A model generated the notes under the pieces. It made no database searches and was not told the DNA's origin. It was given only the letters and a program-made list of their open reading frames with translations. The position numbers were made by a program, and so were the translations under genes. A stretch of DNA of 64,000 nt from an uncultured delta proteobacterium (lineage in GTDB: Bacteria; Desulfobacterota; Desulfuromonadia; Desulfuromonadales; JACZKF01): the NCBI GenBank assembly GCA_963816395.1, contig CAWFKQ010000013.1:64001-128000 (forward strand), given 5' to 3'. Within the stretch, counting starts at the first letter, position 1. Each line of letters begins with the position of its first letter. This document shows, piece by piece, positions 44,264 through 54,755 of this stretch.

Positions 44264-44330
44264 AGCAAACCCCGTCCATGGAGGCGGGGTTTGCCGGTAG
44301 TGAAGGGCTCCAGTTGCTGGAGCCCTTTTT
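44264..44330. terminator. tandem hairpins / bidirectional terminator between convergent genes
   Basis: GCAAACCCCG..CGGGGTTTGC and AAGGGCTCCAG..CTGGAGCCCTTTTTT. Confidence 0.7.
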
Positions 44331-44349
44331 CGCCATTGAATCCGGAAAA

Positions 44350-47347
44350 TCAGAGGACCGCCCTCAGGTAAGCGGAGGTCCGTTCGCGTCTTTCCCGTTC
44401 GATTTCACCAAGGTCCACCTCGATGAATTTTTCATCCGGGGTGATCTTGAACAGAGGCTGACCCTTCTGGACGATGGTTCCGTCGCTGCCCTGGACCAGG
44501 ATCTTGTCGATGGTTCCGGAGAAAGTAGCCCTGACCGTATTGAACATCTTCATGACTTCGATGATATAGAGGGGCTGACCTTTTTCGAAGTGCATCCCTT
44601 CAGCCACGAAGGTGGGAAGCCCCGGCGCTTCCTGCCCGTAGTACATGCCGCCGCAGACCGACACGATCTCATCGGCCTTGGTCGCCGGCGGGGGCACCAG
44701 AATCTTTTTCATCCGGGCCTGCAGATCCGGGTCGCTCAGATAGGCAGGAATGGTGACTTCCAGATCGTCCTCGACGCGGAAATCCCAGAACCGGGTATTC
44801 TCCGCAATCAGGAAGACCATGCCGAGCAGCTCGAGTCCCGCCTCGAAGCCGAAATGTGAGGAACGGATCTGCTCCCAGGTGGCGTCGTCGTATCCTCCCT
44901 GCGGGCTTTCCTTCTGCAGGATCTCGTTGAGCCGGAAATAGGCCTTTTCATCCAGCCCGAAATGCTCGCGCAGCGCGGTATAGAAACGAAGTGCCTTCTG
45001 CAGCAGTTCATTGTCGTGATCCCAGATCACTTCGGCGGCGGGAGCCTCTGGGCGATATGACATGTTGAGATACTCGTAGGTTTCGTCAAGGATGACCAGG
45101 GGGTTGCGCAGCCAAACCACCTTGCCGCCGTCAATCCGGAAGTTTTTCCCGTTGAGGCTCAGCCAACCGGAGAGCAGGTGCGGGTCCTCCAGGAGTCGCT
45201 CGATCGGACGGGTGACCAGCGTCCCCTTGCGATCGATCACCTGAGCAATAGATTTCGCCACCTCCGGGCCTTCGGGGAAGGCCTCGGCGATACGCTTGGC
45301 GTAATGCTTCTTCATCTGCAGGAAGGCGAAAACCGGATCGATTTTGCTGGCTTCCTCCCGGAGCATGCCGACCAGGGTGAGATAGGGCACCACGAAGCGG
45401 GTAGTCGGTTTGGCCATGACGTTATTGCCGAGGAACCAGTTGACCAAGCCGTAGTGAAATTCCAGGTTGGTGCCGAGATCGGTACCGCGCAGGATGGTCT
45501 GGCGCAGCACCCGGGCCATCTGCCGGTAGCTGCCCAGACGGTTTTCACCCTTGGTGAGCAGCAGGGCGATATTCGAATCGTAAGCCCCGGCCACCTTATA
45601 GCGCATGAACATGCCGGTATCGGGATTGACCAGGTTGATCCCCTGGTCGTCGCGGATCTCTCCTTCGATCGGTTTCGACCAGTAGCGGATCATGCCGCCG
45701 GCATGCGGCGAAAGTGAAGCATCGGTGGCGTTCAGGCGCGCCTCGACGGCGGCGTTGAAGCGAGGGATACGCTCTGGTTTGGGCAGCCTTTTCTTATGCC
45801 GCGCGAGCAGGGCCATGGCCTCGACCAGAGACTCGACGACGAAACAATCCTCGGGATCTTCCGGGTTGGTGAATTTGAGGGAGTAGCACAGCTCCGTCAC
45901 CCGGTGTTCCACCTGGATGCGGGTATTCACCTCCATGAAGTAGTGACGGTCGCGATCGACGATGCATTCGAAGGTCGAAGCCGAATCGAGCCCTACCGCC
46001 TGGCCGAAGCGCGCCGCCTCCTCCTCCATGCGGGTGAGAACCTGCAGATCGCTTTGCAGGGCGCTGGCCTCACTTTCTCGGCCGGCAGCCCTGGCATTTT
46101 CGACGGCGGCCGCCAGCCCTTCCTGGGTGACCGAAACTTCCAGCAGCTTCTGCTCGTGCATCTGCAGCGAGCAGTCGCGGCCGCCGAGGGAGAGGCACCA
46201 CTGGCCATTGCCGAGCAACTGGATCTCGTTGTGGCGGGTCTGTTCGATATTCAGCTCGATGAGAACGTTTTTGTTGTCCCCGATCCCATTGGCCTTGACC
46301 TCGTTCAGGACCTCCCGGACCATGGCCGGCGCTTCTGCCGCGGCCTTTTCGATCATCCGGTCATCGGGGTTGCGGGCCGTCAGCAGTGAGGCGCCGAGAA
46401 TTCGCTGCCCCTTGCCGCCGCCGCCCCCGATCGCCTTCAGGCGAAAGCGGCTGCGGGGATATTTTCGGAACAGCTCGGTCACCTCGGCCTGAACCTGGGC
46501 ACAGAGTTCTTCGATAGAGTAGAGATCGATTCCTTTGCTGTAGGAAGCCATCAGAATGGCATCGGCCAGCCCTTCGAGGGGGAGGTTCCGGTCATTGATG
46601 ACTTTTTCGTCGCAGGCAAGATCCTCGGCCTGGGCCAGCGCCAGCAGCTTCTCCCGGGTGGGATGCTTTTTCAGGAGGGTGCGGGCGGTGACGTTGTCGA
46701 TACCCGGGGTGACGCTGACGTTGACGTTCAGGGCGGTCCGCTTGGCTTCGTCCTTCTTGCCGGCGCTCGCCTGGGTGGCCGCACAGGGGCCGATGAACAT
46801 GAGCCCGGCTTTCTCGATGGCGGAGACAAATTCCTCATCTTCCGCCATGAAGCCGTAACCGGCGAAAATGGCGTTGTACCCGTTGTCCTGGGCGATCTGG
46901 ATGATCTGGTTGATGCGCTCCATCCGCTCTTCCTTGCTGGCGCCCGAGTAATCCGGCACCCGGTGGACGCGGCTGGAATCGGTCAGCTGGCGCAGTTCGG
47001 GGGCCAGGGCATTGGGATAAACGATGGAATCCTTGTCGGAGAGGAGAATGCCGTAATGGCTGATTCCCATCTCCTCGTAGACATCCATCGCCTCTTTGCG
47101 GATGGGACCGCGGCAGACGATGAGCGGTTTCAGATCCTCGCAGGAGAAGGAGCGCACCCAGGCGGAGGATGACTTTGCCCAGGCGGCGGTCGCGATGAAT
47201 CAGGGGGTTGTTCCGGTAGAGATCAACGCCTTCTCTGCGGGCAGGGGCACGGAAAAAGCTGAGCATCCTGCGATCTCCCCTCGTGGCGGGCAATTCTTCG
47301 GCCGCCGGGTTAATGCCGTCTTTTTTAAAATTGATTGTCTGGGCCAT
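44350..47347 (-). CDS. biotin carboxylase fused to C-terminal biotin carrier domain (frameshift ~47170)
   Basis: AGYGFMAED, KAIGGGGGKG, RDCSLQ..QK, FMEVNTRIQVEH, YDSNIA, EVMKM biotinylation motif. Confidence 0.9.
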
Positions 47348-47394
47348 GGTCTTATCTCCAATCTGATCCCGATTGTCGTTGATTCCGCTCATGG

Positions 47395-49119
47395 TCAATG
47401 GAACTCGCGCTGTACGCCCTGCATCGGCGAGGGCTTATAATGCCGGAGGAGAAAACTCAAGTTTTCCCCGAGCACCTTGCGCAGGTCGGTGGGCATGACG
47501 ATGGAGGAAATGGAGCCCAGGCTCAGACCTTCTTTCGGGTTCATCAATTCTTTTTCATAGCGCTGGTTGAGCAAGGCTTCCTGCGCCCGCAGCCAGTCGG
47601 CAGCCTCCTTCTCGGAGTCTCTTTTCGCCTCCTCCCCCTCCATGCCGGCCGCCACCCGTTCCTGGGTCCCCTTCCTGATCCGCTCGGGGATGGCGCTGCG
47701 GAGCTTACGCAGTTCATCCTTGTACACGAACTCCTTGCCGGCCGGACCCATGACGGCAAGCCGGGTGGTCGGCAGGGCGAGGACCAGGTCGGCGCCGGTC
47801 GGGTAATTATTATAGGAGGCGTAGGCGCCGCCGAAAGCGTTCCGCAGGATCAGCAGGATGCGGGGCGTGCGCACGTCGATGATGGCATCGAGCATGGAGC
47901 GCCCGGCCTGGACGATGCCGCGGGCTTCCTGTTCCCGCCCGGGCAGAAAACCGGTGGTGTCTTCCATGAAGATCAGGGGGATGTTGTAGATATTGCAGAA
48001 ACGGACAAAACGGGCGATCTTTACGGCCGAATCGCAGTCGATCTGACCGGAGGAGACCGCGCTGTTGTTGGCGACAAAGCCGACCACGTTGCCCCCCAGG
48101 CGGCCGAAGGCGGTGACGACTTCCCGCGCCCGCTCCGGCTGGATTTCGAAGTAGTCGCCGTGATCGCAGATCTGCTGGATGATGATCGACACCTCAAAGG
48201 GGGTGTTGAAGCCGGTGGGGGAGTTGAACGCCTTCTTCAGCAGGGTGTTGATCTCCCAGGTCCGGCGGTCGAGGGAGTCGCTGGTTTCCTGATAAGGGGC
48301 GAAAACGCTGTTGTTGTCGGGCAGGTAGCCGAGCAGCCGGACGGCGGTGCGCAGCGCGGCAACCTCATCGGAGACGGTCAGGTCAACCACCCCTGACTGG
48401 CTGTGGACCTTCGGTCCGCCCAGCTCTTCCGGGGTGATATCCTCACCCAGAACGGATTTGACCACGCCTGGGCCGGTGAGGCCGAAAAAGGTATCGTTCG
48501 GCTGGATGAGGAAGCTGCCCTGGCGGGGAAGATAGCTGCCGCCGCCGGCATTGAAACCGAACATGCACATGATGCTGGGCACCAGCCCGCTGATTTTCCG
48601 CAAGGCGGTAAAGGCTTCGGCATAGCCGTCCAGGCCCCCGACCCCGGCGGGCACGAAGGCGCCGGCGCTGTCGTTCATGCCGATCAGGGGGATTCCCTTC
48701 TCCCCGGCCATGTAGAAAAGCCGGGCCAGCTTGTTGCCGTTGGTGGCATCGATCGAGCCGGCGCGCACGGTGAAATCATGGCCGTAGACGGCGACGTCCC
48801 GCCCATTGATGTTCAGGATGCCGGTGACCAGAGAGGCGCCGTCCAGGTTCTTTCCCCAGTTCTGGAAGAGAACGTTCGGTTCCTTGTCGGAGAGAACGCG
48901 GATGCGCTCCCAGACGGTCATCCGTTTTTTGAAGTGCTGTTTCTCGATCTGCTCGATACTCACCGATTTGATCGGGCGCAGAGTCAGGTCATGACCTTCC
49001 TTCATGACTTCTTCATAGATGCCCGCCTTGCCGGGAATCTCGCCGGGGATGGTAAAATCGACGGTTTCGGGTGGATCGAAGGGATTCTTCAGTGAAGGTT
49101 TGATCGCTTTTTTGGACAT
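47395..49119 (-). CDS. acyl-CoA carboxylase carboxyltransferase (beta) subunit
   Basis: [51 protein letters not shown]. Confidence 0.92.
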   Translation of the reverse strand: MSKKAIKPSLKNPFDPPETVDFTIPGEIPGKAGIYEEVMKEGHDLTLRPIKSVSIEQIEKQHFKKRMTVWERIRVLSDKEPNVLFQNWGKNLDGASLVTGILNINGRDVAVYGHDFTVRAGSIDATNGNKLARLFYMAGEKGIPLIGMNDSAGAFVPAGVGGLDGYAEAFTALRKISGLVPSIMCMFGFNAGGGSYLPRQGSFLIQPNDTFFGLTGPGVVKSVLGEDITPEELGGPKVHSQSGVVDLTVSDEVAALRTAVRLLGYLPDNNSVFAPYQETSDSLDRRTWEINTLLKKAFNSPTGFNTPFEVSIIIQQICDHGDYFEIQPERAREVVTAFGRLGGNVVGFVANNSAVSSGQIDCDSAVKIARFVRFCNIYNIPLIFMEDTTGFLPGREQEARGIVQAGRSMLDAIIDVRTPRILLILRNAFGGAYASYNNYPTGADLVLALPTTRLAVMGPAGKEFVYKDELRKLRSAIPERIRKGTQERVAAGMEGEEAKRDSEKEAADWLRAQEALLNQRYEKELMNPKEGLSLGSISSIVMPTDLRKVLGENLSFLLRHYKPSPMQGVQREFH

Positions 49120-49651
49120 CTCCGCCATCCTCTGGTTATTGGAATGAAATTGCCGGCGAAACCAGCTCCCTGCGCTGCGGGCCAACCTGTCCTGAACTGC
49201 CGATAGCCCGGAGAGCGGGCCTGAGCGAATTTGATTGGATCTGGTCTGAATCTTGCGACGTCTGGCTGGGGAAAATTCTGGTTGCCCGGGCCACTTCCTG
49301 GTTCGGTGGCGGTCCCTGGCGCCGGCGTCTGTCTGGCGGAGCCGATCGATTCTTGCCACCGCTGCGATTTCAGGTAAAAAATAAAAAATAGTTCTATTTT
49401 TTCGAGAAAATTATCCCAAAACAGCCGATTTTGTCAATAGTAAATATTTACCACTGATAAAAAGATTTATTGATAATAAAGACAAAGTCTTTGTAGCCTT
49501 CGGTTTTATCCGCCCCGGTGGGCAATCCGGTACGCCGTTTCCGCTCCTCGCCGGCATAGGCGGGAGGCATATTGACTTTTTCGGGCTGATCCTCTAATTT
49601 GGCGATATTCCCAACCAATTTCCTGCGCCGATTGCCGGCGGGAGAACAAGC

Positions 49652-50734
49652 TTGCCGAAAGAAAATATTCAATTGCCCCTGGGCATCCGACTCTGGCCAA
49701 AAGAGCGGCGCGGCGGCAGCCGCCGACTCAAGGAAGGTTACCTCTTCTCGCCCCTGGAAAATTCCTCCGATTCGTACCGTTTCAGCGCCTTGATCAATGC
49801 CGCCAAGGTGCCCGGTCTTTTCCGCTCTCTGCTTTCCTGCCTTCCCGGGGAATCTTTTCTGATTCTGGAATTCTACCAGGAGGAGCGGGACAAGAGCCCC
49901 AATGAAGAAATGGTTCCCTCCATCTTCTATTCCCCCTATCTCCCCACGGAAGAGATCCTGGAGACCTTGGAGCCGTTTCTGCCGAGACTGATCCATGACG
50001 GGTTCGTCGGCTTCGGCCTGGCCAATAATCGGGCCGGCATGGAATTCTTTTACTCGGAAGAGAAGGTCCTCACCTGTTTCACCGGCGACCATCTCCGCAT
50101 CACCGATCTGTTGGCCCGGCACGGTCTTCCCTACCGGCCGCACATGTGTTTTCCCACCGATCTGGGACACGACCATCTCTCCCTTCTCTGCCATCCGCGT
50201 TTTTCCCTCCCTGCCCCTTTCGCCGAAATGGCGGAGAGCGAGCTCGACTACCTGCATTTCTGCAGCAGGATAACCGAGGAACTGGAGATGTATCCGGTGG
50301 AGGAGACCCTCGCCTTCTTCCTGTCGAAAAAGGAACAGGACCAGATTGAGGCCCGCCTGCTGGCGCATGAGGAATTCGCTGAATTCGCCGAGGAGGATTT
50401 CGGCAGTCTGCTCCTCGACTGGAACGATTTCGTCAGCGAGTGCGAAGAAGGTTTCGACGGAGATCTCTGGGAGTACCGGCAGGGACTCAAGCTGCGGGAT
50501 ATGATCCAGTATTGCACGGACGGCCTGCCGCCTATCCTGCAGCACAAGCTGCAGGAAATCCTCTCCGACGCTGACGGCCGCTTCCAGAAACTGCTGGTGG
50601 ATCGCCGCAAGCGCCTCGACCCCCCCGGCTATCTGGGGGCTGGCGAGGACCGCTTCTGGTATCGGGGAATGGTCAGCAATCAGGGAGCCTATCTGCGCCG
50701 GGATCTGATCCGCCAGGGCTGGTTCAAACCTTGA
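49652..50734 (+). CDS. hypothetical protein (360 aa)
   Basis: Long ORF with natural acidic composition; TTG start with GGAG RBS; no family recognised. Confidence 0.75.
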   Translation: MPKENIQLPLGIRLWPKERRGGSRRLKEGYLFSPLENSSDSYRFSALINAAKVPGLFRSLLSCLPGESFLILEFYQEERDKSPNEEMVPSIFYSPYLPTEEILETLEPFLPRLIHDGFVGFGLANNRAGMEFFYSEEKVLTCFTGDHLRITDLLARHGLPYRPHMCFPTDLGHDHLSLLCHPRFSLPAPFAEMAESELDYLHFCSRITEELEMYPVEETLAFFLSKKEQDQIEARLLAHEEFAEFAEEDFGSLLLDWNDFVSECEEGFDGDLWEYRQGLKLRDMIQYCTDGLPPILQHKLQEILSDADGRFQKLLVDRRKRLDPPGYLGAGEDRFWYRGMVSNQGAYLRRDLIRQGWFKP

Positions 50735-50856
50735 CCGGCTGCGGAAAAACGCCCATCTGCGGCGTTGCCCTCACCCCTCGTCAACGACGTACCTCCGGTA
50801 CGCCTTATTCCTCAGGATTTCGGGCGCCTTGCATCTGGACATTTTTGCTCAGCCGG
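50735..50856. mobile_element. MITE-like palindromic element (~122 bp)
   Basis: Terminal inverted repeats CCGGCTGCGGAAAAA / TTTTTGCTCAGCCGG (13/15 match); internal CGTACC..GGTACG hairpin. Confidence 0.6.
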
Positions 50857-50941
50857 GGAAGAAAAAAGATTTCGCAAGAACCTCTGTAAGACGTACGCCT
50901 GATCTTATGCCTTCAGCCTAGAGCCTCTCGCCAGGTTAATT

Positions 50942-51688
50942 ATGATTGCCCTCATCGCCGCCGTTCCCCAGGAAACCGAGCTTCTGCGCCGCTTTCTCTC
51001 CCCCTGCGAGGTGCGCAGCTGCGGCCGGCGCGACCTGTACCGCGGCACCATCTGCGGCCAGTCGGCCATCCTGCTGCACAGCGGCGTGGGGAAGGCGAAC
51101 GCGGCCGCCGCCGCCACCACGCTGATAGAAGCGGGGCGCCCGTCGCTGATCATCTCCATCGGCTGCGGCGGCGCCTACCCGGCCAGCGGTCTGGCAGTGG
51201 GCGACCTGGCCGTGGCCACCGAGGAGATCTACGGTGACGAGGGGGTGCTGGCCCCCGGCGGCTTTCTTGACATGCAGGCCCTCGGCTTCCCCCTGCTGCA
51301 GCGCAACGGCCTGCGCCTGTTCAACCGCTATCCGGTCAGCGATCAGTTGCTGGCGAAAGCGCGGGCAATTCTGGAGCCGTTTGCGGCCGCCGCCGGCCGG
51401 CGATTGGCGGTCGGACCATTCGTTACCGTTTCCACCGGTTCCGGTACCGATGCCGGGGCCCGGGAACTGGCCCGCCGCACCGGGGGCATCTGCGAAAATA
51501 TGGAAGGGGCCGCCCTGGCTCAGGTCTGCGCTCTGCACGGACTTCCCTTTCTCGCCATCCGCGGCATCTCCAACCCGACCGGCGACCGTGATCTGGCCCT
51601 CTGGGACCTGAAAAAGGGGGCGGAGGTCGCGCAATTGGCCATCCGCGCCCTCCTCACCGGCTGGTTGGAGCGGAAAGACTCGGCATGA
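50942..51688 (+). CDS. mqnB: futalosine hydrolase
   Basis: PNP/MTAN fold: GVGKANAA, GCGGAY, ENMEGAA, RGISN..GDRD..WD; coupled to mqnD. Confidence 0.85.
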   Translation: MIALIAAVPQETELLRRFLSPCEVRSCGRRDLYRGTICGQSAILLHSGVGKANAAAAATTLIEAGRPSLIISIGCGGAYPASGLAVGDLAVATEEIYGDEGVLAPGGFLDMQALGFPLLQRNGLRLFNRYPVSDQLLAKARAILEPFAAAAGRRLAVGPFVTVSTGSGTDAGARELARRTGGICENMEGAALAQVCALHGLPFLAIRGISNPTGDRDLALWDLKKGAEVAQLAIRALLTGWLERKDSA

Positions 51689-52527
51689 CCCGTACCCTTA
51701 CTCTCGGCTACTCCCCCTGCCCGAACGACACTTTCATCTTTTACGCCCTGGTGCACGGGCGCATTCCGCTGCCCGGCATCGCCTTCAGGGAACGCCTGGA
51801 AGATGTCGAGACCCTCAACGCCCTGGCCCTGCAGCAGAAGCTGGAGCTGACCAAGATTTCCTACCACGCCCTGGGGCACCTGCGCCGTGAGTATGTACTG
51901 CTGCGCAGCGGTGGGGCGCTGGGGCGCGGCTGCGGACCGCTGGTGGTGGCCCGACAGCCTCTCACCATGGCCGAACTGCGCGGCCGGCGTCTGGCCGTTC
52001 CCGGGCGGTTGACCACGGCCAACCTGCTGCTGCAGCTCTACGGGGAAGGCTTCGACAATCTACTCGTTCTTCCCTTCCACCAGGTCATGCAGGCGGTGCG
52101 CGAGGGGACGGCCGATGCCGGGGTGATCATCCACGAATCGCGCTTCACCTACCGGGAATACGGACTGTCGCGGGTGCTCGATCTGGGCGAGTGGTGGGAG
52201 GAGGAAACGGGCATGCCCATCCCCTTGGGCGGCATCCTCGCCAGACGCTGCCTCGGGGCGTCCCTGATCACCCAGGTGGAGGCCGCCTTGCGCCGCAGCG
52301 TCGAATTCGCCTTCGCTCACCCGCAGGAACCGAAAAGCTACATCCGCGCCCATGCCCAGGAACTCGATCCGCAGGTGATCGAGCAGCATATCGGCCTTTA
52401 CGTCAATGATTTTTCCCTCGACCTGGGTGAGGAAGGGGAAGGGGCGGTGGCCGAACTGTTTGCCCGGGCGGAACGCCGGGGGATCATTCCCCCCTGCGAG
52501 CTGCCGTTGTTTGTTACGGCAGGCTAG
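51685..52527 (+). CDS. mqnD: 1,4-dihydroxy-6-naphthoate synthase
   Basis: GYSPCPNDTFIF, DVETLN, GALGRGCGP, IIHESRFTY, PIPLGG, HIGLYVN. Confidence 0.95.
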   Translation: MTRTLTLGYSPCPNDTFIFYALVHGRIPLPGIAFRERLEDVETLNALALQQKLELTKISYHALGHLRREYVLLRSGGALGRGCGPLVVARQPLTMAELRGRRLAVPGRLTTANLLLQLYGEGFDNLLVLPFHQVMQAVREGTADAGVIIHESRFTYREYGLSRVLDLGEWWEEETGMPIPLGGILARRCLGASLITQVEAALRRSVEFAFAHPQEPKSYIRAHAQELDPQVIEQHIGLYVNDFSLDLGEEGEGAVAELFARAERRGIIPPCELPLFVTAG

Positions 52528-52637
52528 AGGCGAGAGGCTAGCGGCAAGAGGGCATAAGGCATGTCAAACGGAAAAAGCGACCCAACGGGTCGCTTTTTCT
52601 GTTCCTCTAGCCTATTGCCTCGTGCCTCTAGCCTCGC
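52521..52637. repeat. inverted heptamer (AGGCTAG-like) arrays flanking a bidirectional terminator
   Basis: aggctag aggcgag aggctag cggcaag ... GAAAAAGCGACCC-aac-GGGTCGCTTTTTC (52571-52599) ... cctctagcct..cctctagcct. Confidence 0.75.
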
Positions 52638-54220
52638 ATATTGACCGCCTTGATGAAGTGGGCTCCGACCGCTCCGCGGAGCTGTTCGATGACCGCCTCT
52701 TCGGCCGGGGTGTCGATGGAGAGGACCACCATCGCCTCGCCCGCCTTGGCCCGCCGTCCCAGATTCATCGAGCCGATATTGACGCCGGCCTCGCCGAGAA
52801 TGGTGCCGATCTTGCCGATGAGGCCCGGCCGGTCGGCATAGCTGATCACCAGCATGTGCCCTTCCGGGGTGAAGTCGGTCAGGAAGTCGCGCATCTTGAC
52901 GATCTTCGGGATCCCTTCGAAAAGGGTGCCGGCCACCATGCGCCGGCTCTCGGCGGCCGCCAGAGAGATGGTGACCAGATTGGAGAAGGACTCCGATTCG
53001 GTGTTGCGGACCTCTTCCACCGCGATCCCCATGTTGGCCGCCACCAGTCGGGCATTGACCATGTTGACTTCCTGCTCGGTATGGCGGTTGAGCAGGGCGG
53101 CCAGGCCGTTGACGGTCAGGGGGGTGCAGTCGAAGCGGGCCAGTTTGCCGTTGTAGGTGAAGATGACCTTGCTGGGATTGGCCGGCGCCAGTTGGGAAAT
53201 GAACTCTCCCATCCGGCTGACCAGCCCCATGAAGGGCTTCATGTGCTCCATCAGGTCGGGATCGAATTTGGGAATGTTGACCGCATTTTCCAGGGGTCTG
53301 CCGTCGAGATAGTTGACGATCTCCCGGCTGACGTCGACGGCCACGTTCTTCTGCGCCTCGAAGGTATTGGCCCCCAGGTGCGGCGTGACCACCATGCGCG
53401 GATGGTTGATGAGCTTCTGCAGCACCTCCGAGCGGGGGGGCTCCTCACTCCAGACGTCGAAGCCGGCGCCGGCCGCCTTGCCGCTCTCCAGCGCGCCGAG
53501 CATCGCCGACTCGTCGATAATGCCGCCGCGGGCGCAGTTGATCACCAGCACGCCGTCTTTCATGCCCTTGAAGTGCTCGGTTCCCAGCATCCCCGAGGTC
53601 TCCTCGTTGAGCGGCGTGTGAACGGTGATCACGTCGGCATAGCGCACGATGTCCTCCAGGGGAACCAGCCGCACCCCCAGATCCTCGCCGCGCTTCTCGG
53701 CAATGTAGGGATCACAGGCGATCACCTCCATTTCGAAGGCCTTGGCTCGCAGGGCGACCCGCCCTCCGACCTTGCCGAGACCGATGATCCCCAGCGTTTT
53801 CCCCTTCAATTCAGAGCCGGTGAAAGGTGCCCGCTTCCATTCTCCGCCCTTCAGGCTGGCATTCGCGACGGTGACGTTGCGGCACAGGGAGAGGAGCAGG
53901 GCCATGGTATGCTCGGCGGCGGAATTGGTGTTGCCGAAAGGGGCATTGACGACGATGATTCCCTTGTTGCTGGCGTATTCCACATCGACATTGTCGATCC
54001 CCACCCCGGCGCGGGCAATGATCTTCAATCGTCGGGCGACATCGATGAGGGGCGGGTCGACGCGGGTGCCGCTGCGGGTGATGATGGCGTCGTAGGCGCC
54101 GATGATCTGCCGCAGTTCCTCCGCCGGCAGGCCGAGGCGGATATCGATCTCGATCCGGGGATCGTCAACCAGGGGTTGCAGTCCCTCCTGGGAAATCTCA
54201 TCGGTAATGATAACTTTCAT
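52628..54220 (-). CDS. serA: D-3-phosphoglycerate dehydrogenase
   Basis: RAGVGIDNVD, NTNSAAEHT, GLGKVG, NCARGG, TPHLGANT, C-terminal ASB and ACT domains. Confidence 0.95.
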   Translation of the reverse strand: MKVIITDEISQEGLQPLVDDPRIEIDIRLGLPAEELRQIIGAYDAIITRSGTRVDPPLIDVARRLKIIARAGVGIDNVDVEYASNKGIIVVNAPFGNTNSAAEHTMALLLSLCRNVTVANASLKGGEWKRAPFTGSELKGKTLGIIGLGKVGGRVALRAKAFEMEVIACDPYIAEKRGEDLGVRLVPLEDIVRYADVITVHTPLNEETSGMLGTEHFKGMKDGVLVINCARGGIIDESAMLGALESGKAAGAGFDVWSEEPPRSEVLQKLINHPRMVVTPHLGANTFEAQKNVAVDVSREIVNYLDGRPLENAVNIPKFDPDLMEHMKPFMGLVSRMGEFISQLAPANPSKVIFTYNGKLARFDCTPLTVNGLAALLNRHTEQEVNMVNARLVAANMGIAVEEVRNTESESFSNLVTISLAAAESRRMVAGTLFEGIPKIVKMRDFLTDFTPEGHMLVISYADRPGLIGKIGTILGEAGVNIGSMNLGRRAKAGEAMVVLSIDTPAEEAVIEQLRGAVGAHFIKAVNMRG

Positions 54221-54284
54221 GCGGGCTCCTTCATGGCCGGTTGCGGGCTGCCGGCAACGGCCGGCGGTAAGGGAGAAGGCGAAA

Positions 54285-54313
54285 AGTTTAGAACGTTTAC
54301 CCCACCCTGTCAA
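54285..54313 (-). promoter_or_regulatory. sigma70 promoter of serA
   Basis: TTGACA-N17-TAAACT. Confidence 0.6.
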
Positions 54314-54347
54314 CGTCATCCGACGCCCGGGTGACCCGTTGTTCCGG

Positions 54348-54626
54348 CTATTTTATCACCTTCAGGCGATCCTTCCGGCCGCCGTCGCTTGCCGCCGCCG
54401 GCGATTCGGCTGGCGGCGATACGGCCGCCGGCGCCGGTTCCTCCCCGAGCATCGGCAGGTGGCCCTCCTGCAGCAGGCGCTGCACCGTGCCAGCGATAGC
54501 CAGGCACTGTTTCATGCAGACCCGGCGGGCCGGGCAGGTGGAACAGTCCGCCTCTCCGCCGGCCGCCCGCAGGGCGTGAATCACCAGTTGCACACTTTCG
54601 ATCTGATTTAAAGGGATGAAAAACAT
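54348..54626 (-). CDS. small Cys-motif hypothetical protein
   Basis: AAGGAG RBS; CSTCPARRVCMKQC; fills the gap between DAHP synthase and serA. Confidence 0.7.
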   Translation of the reverse strand: MFFIPLNQIESVQLVIHALRAAGGEADCSTCPARRVCMKQCLAIAGTVQRLLQEGHLPMLGEEPAPAAVSPPAESPAAASDGGRKDRLKVIK

Positions 54627-54641
54627 CCTGTGACTCCTTTG

Positions 54642-54747
54642 TAACGCAAAGGCGCAAAGTCAAGAGCAAGCCGCAAAGAAGAACCTGGAGACAGCGGTTT
54701 TTGGGCTTTCTCTGCGCCCTGGTTTTCCCCTTTGCGTCTTTGCGTTA
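54642..54747. mobile_element. empty inverted-repeat element, AACGCAAAG family
   Basis: TAACGCAAAGGCGCAAAG..AAGCCGCAAAG / CTCTGCGCCCT..CTTTGCGTCTTTGCGTTA. Confidence 0.7.
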
Positions 54748-54755
54748 GAGCAGTT

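Noticed and set aside
44255..44300. c-di-GMP-I riboswitch (GCAAACC motif)
   Set aside because: It is a simple hairpin between convergent genes, lacks the GAAA tetraloop/second stem, and precedes no gene
47160..47185. Programmed ribosomal frameshift in the biotin carboxylase (and other genes)
   Set aside because: No canonical slippery heptamer or stimulator; indels are ubiquitous in this assembly
49120..49380. Cobalamin riboswitch in the long carboxyltransferase leader
   Set aside because: No B12-box or other conserved cobalamin riboswitch motifs could be found by eye; an Rfam scan would be needed
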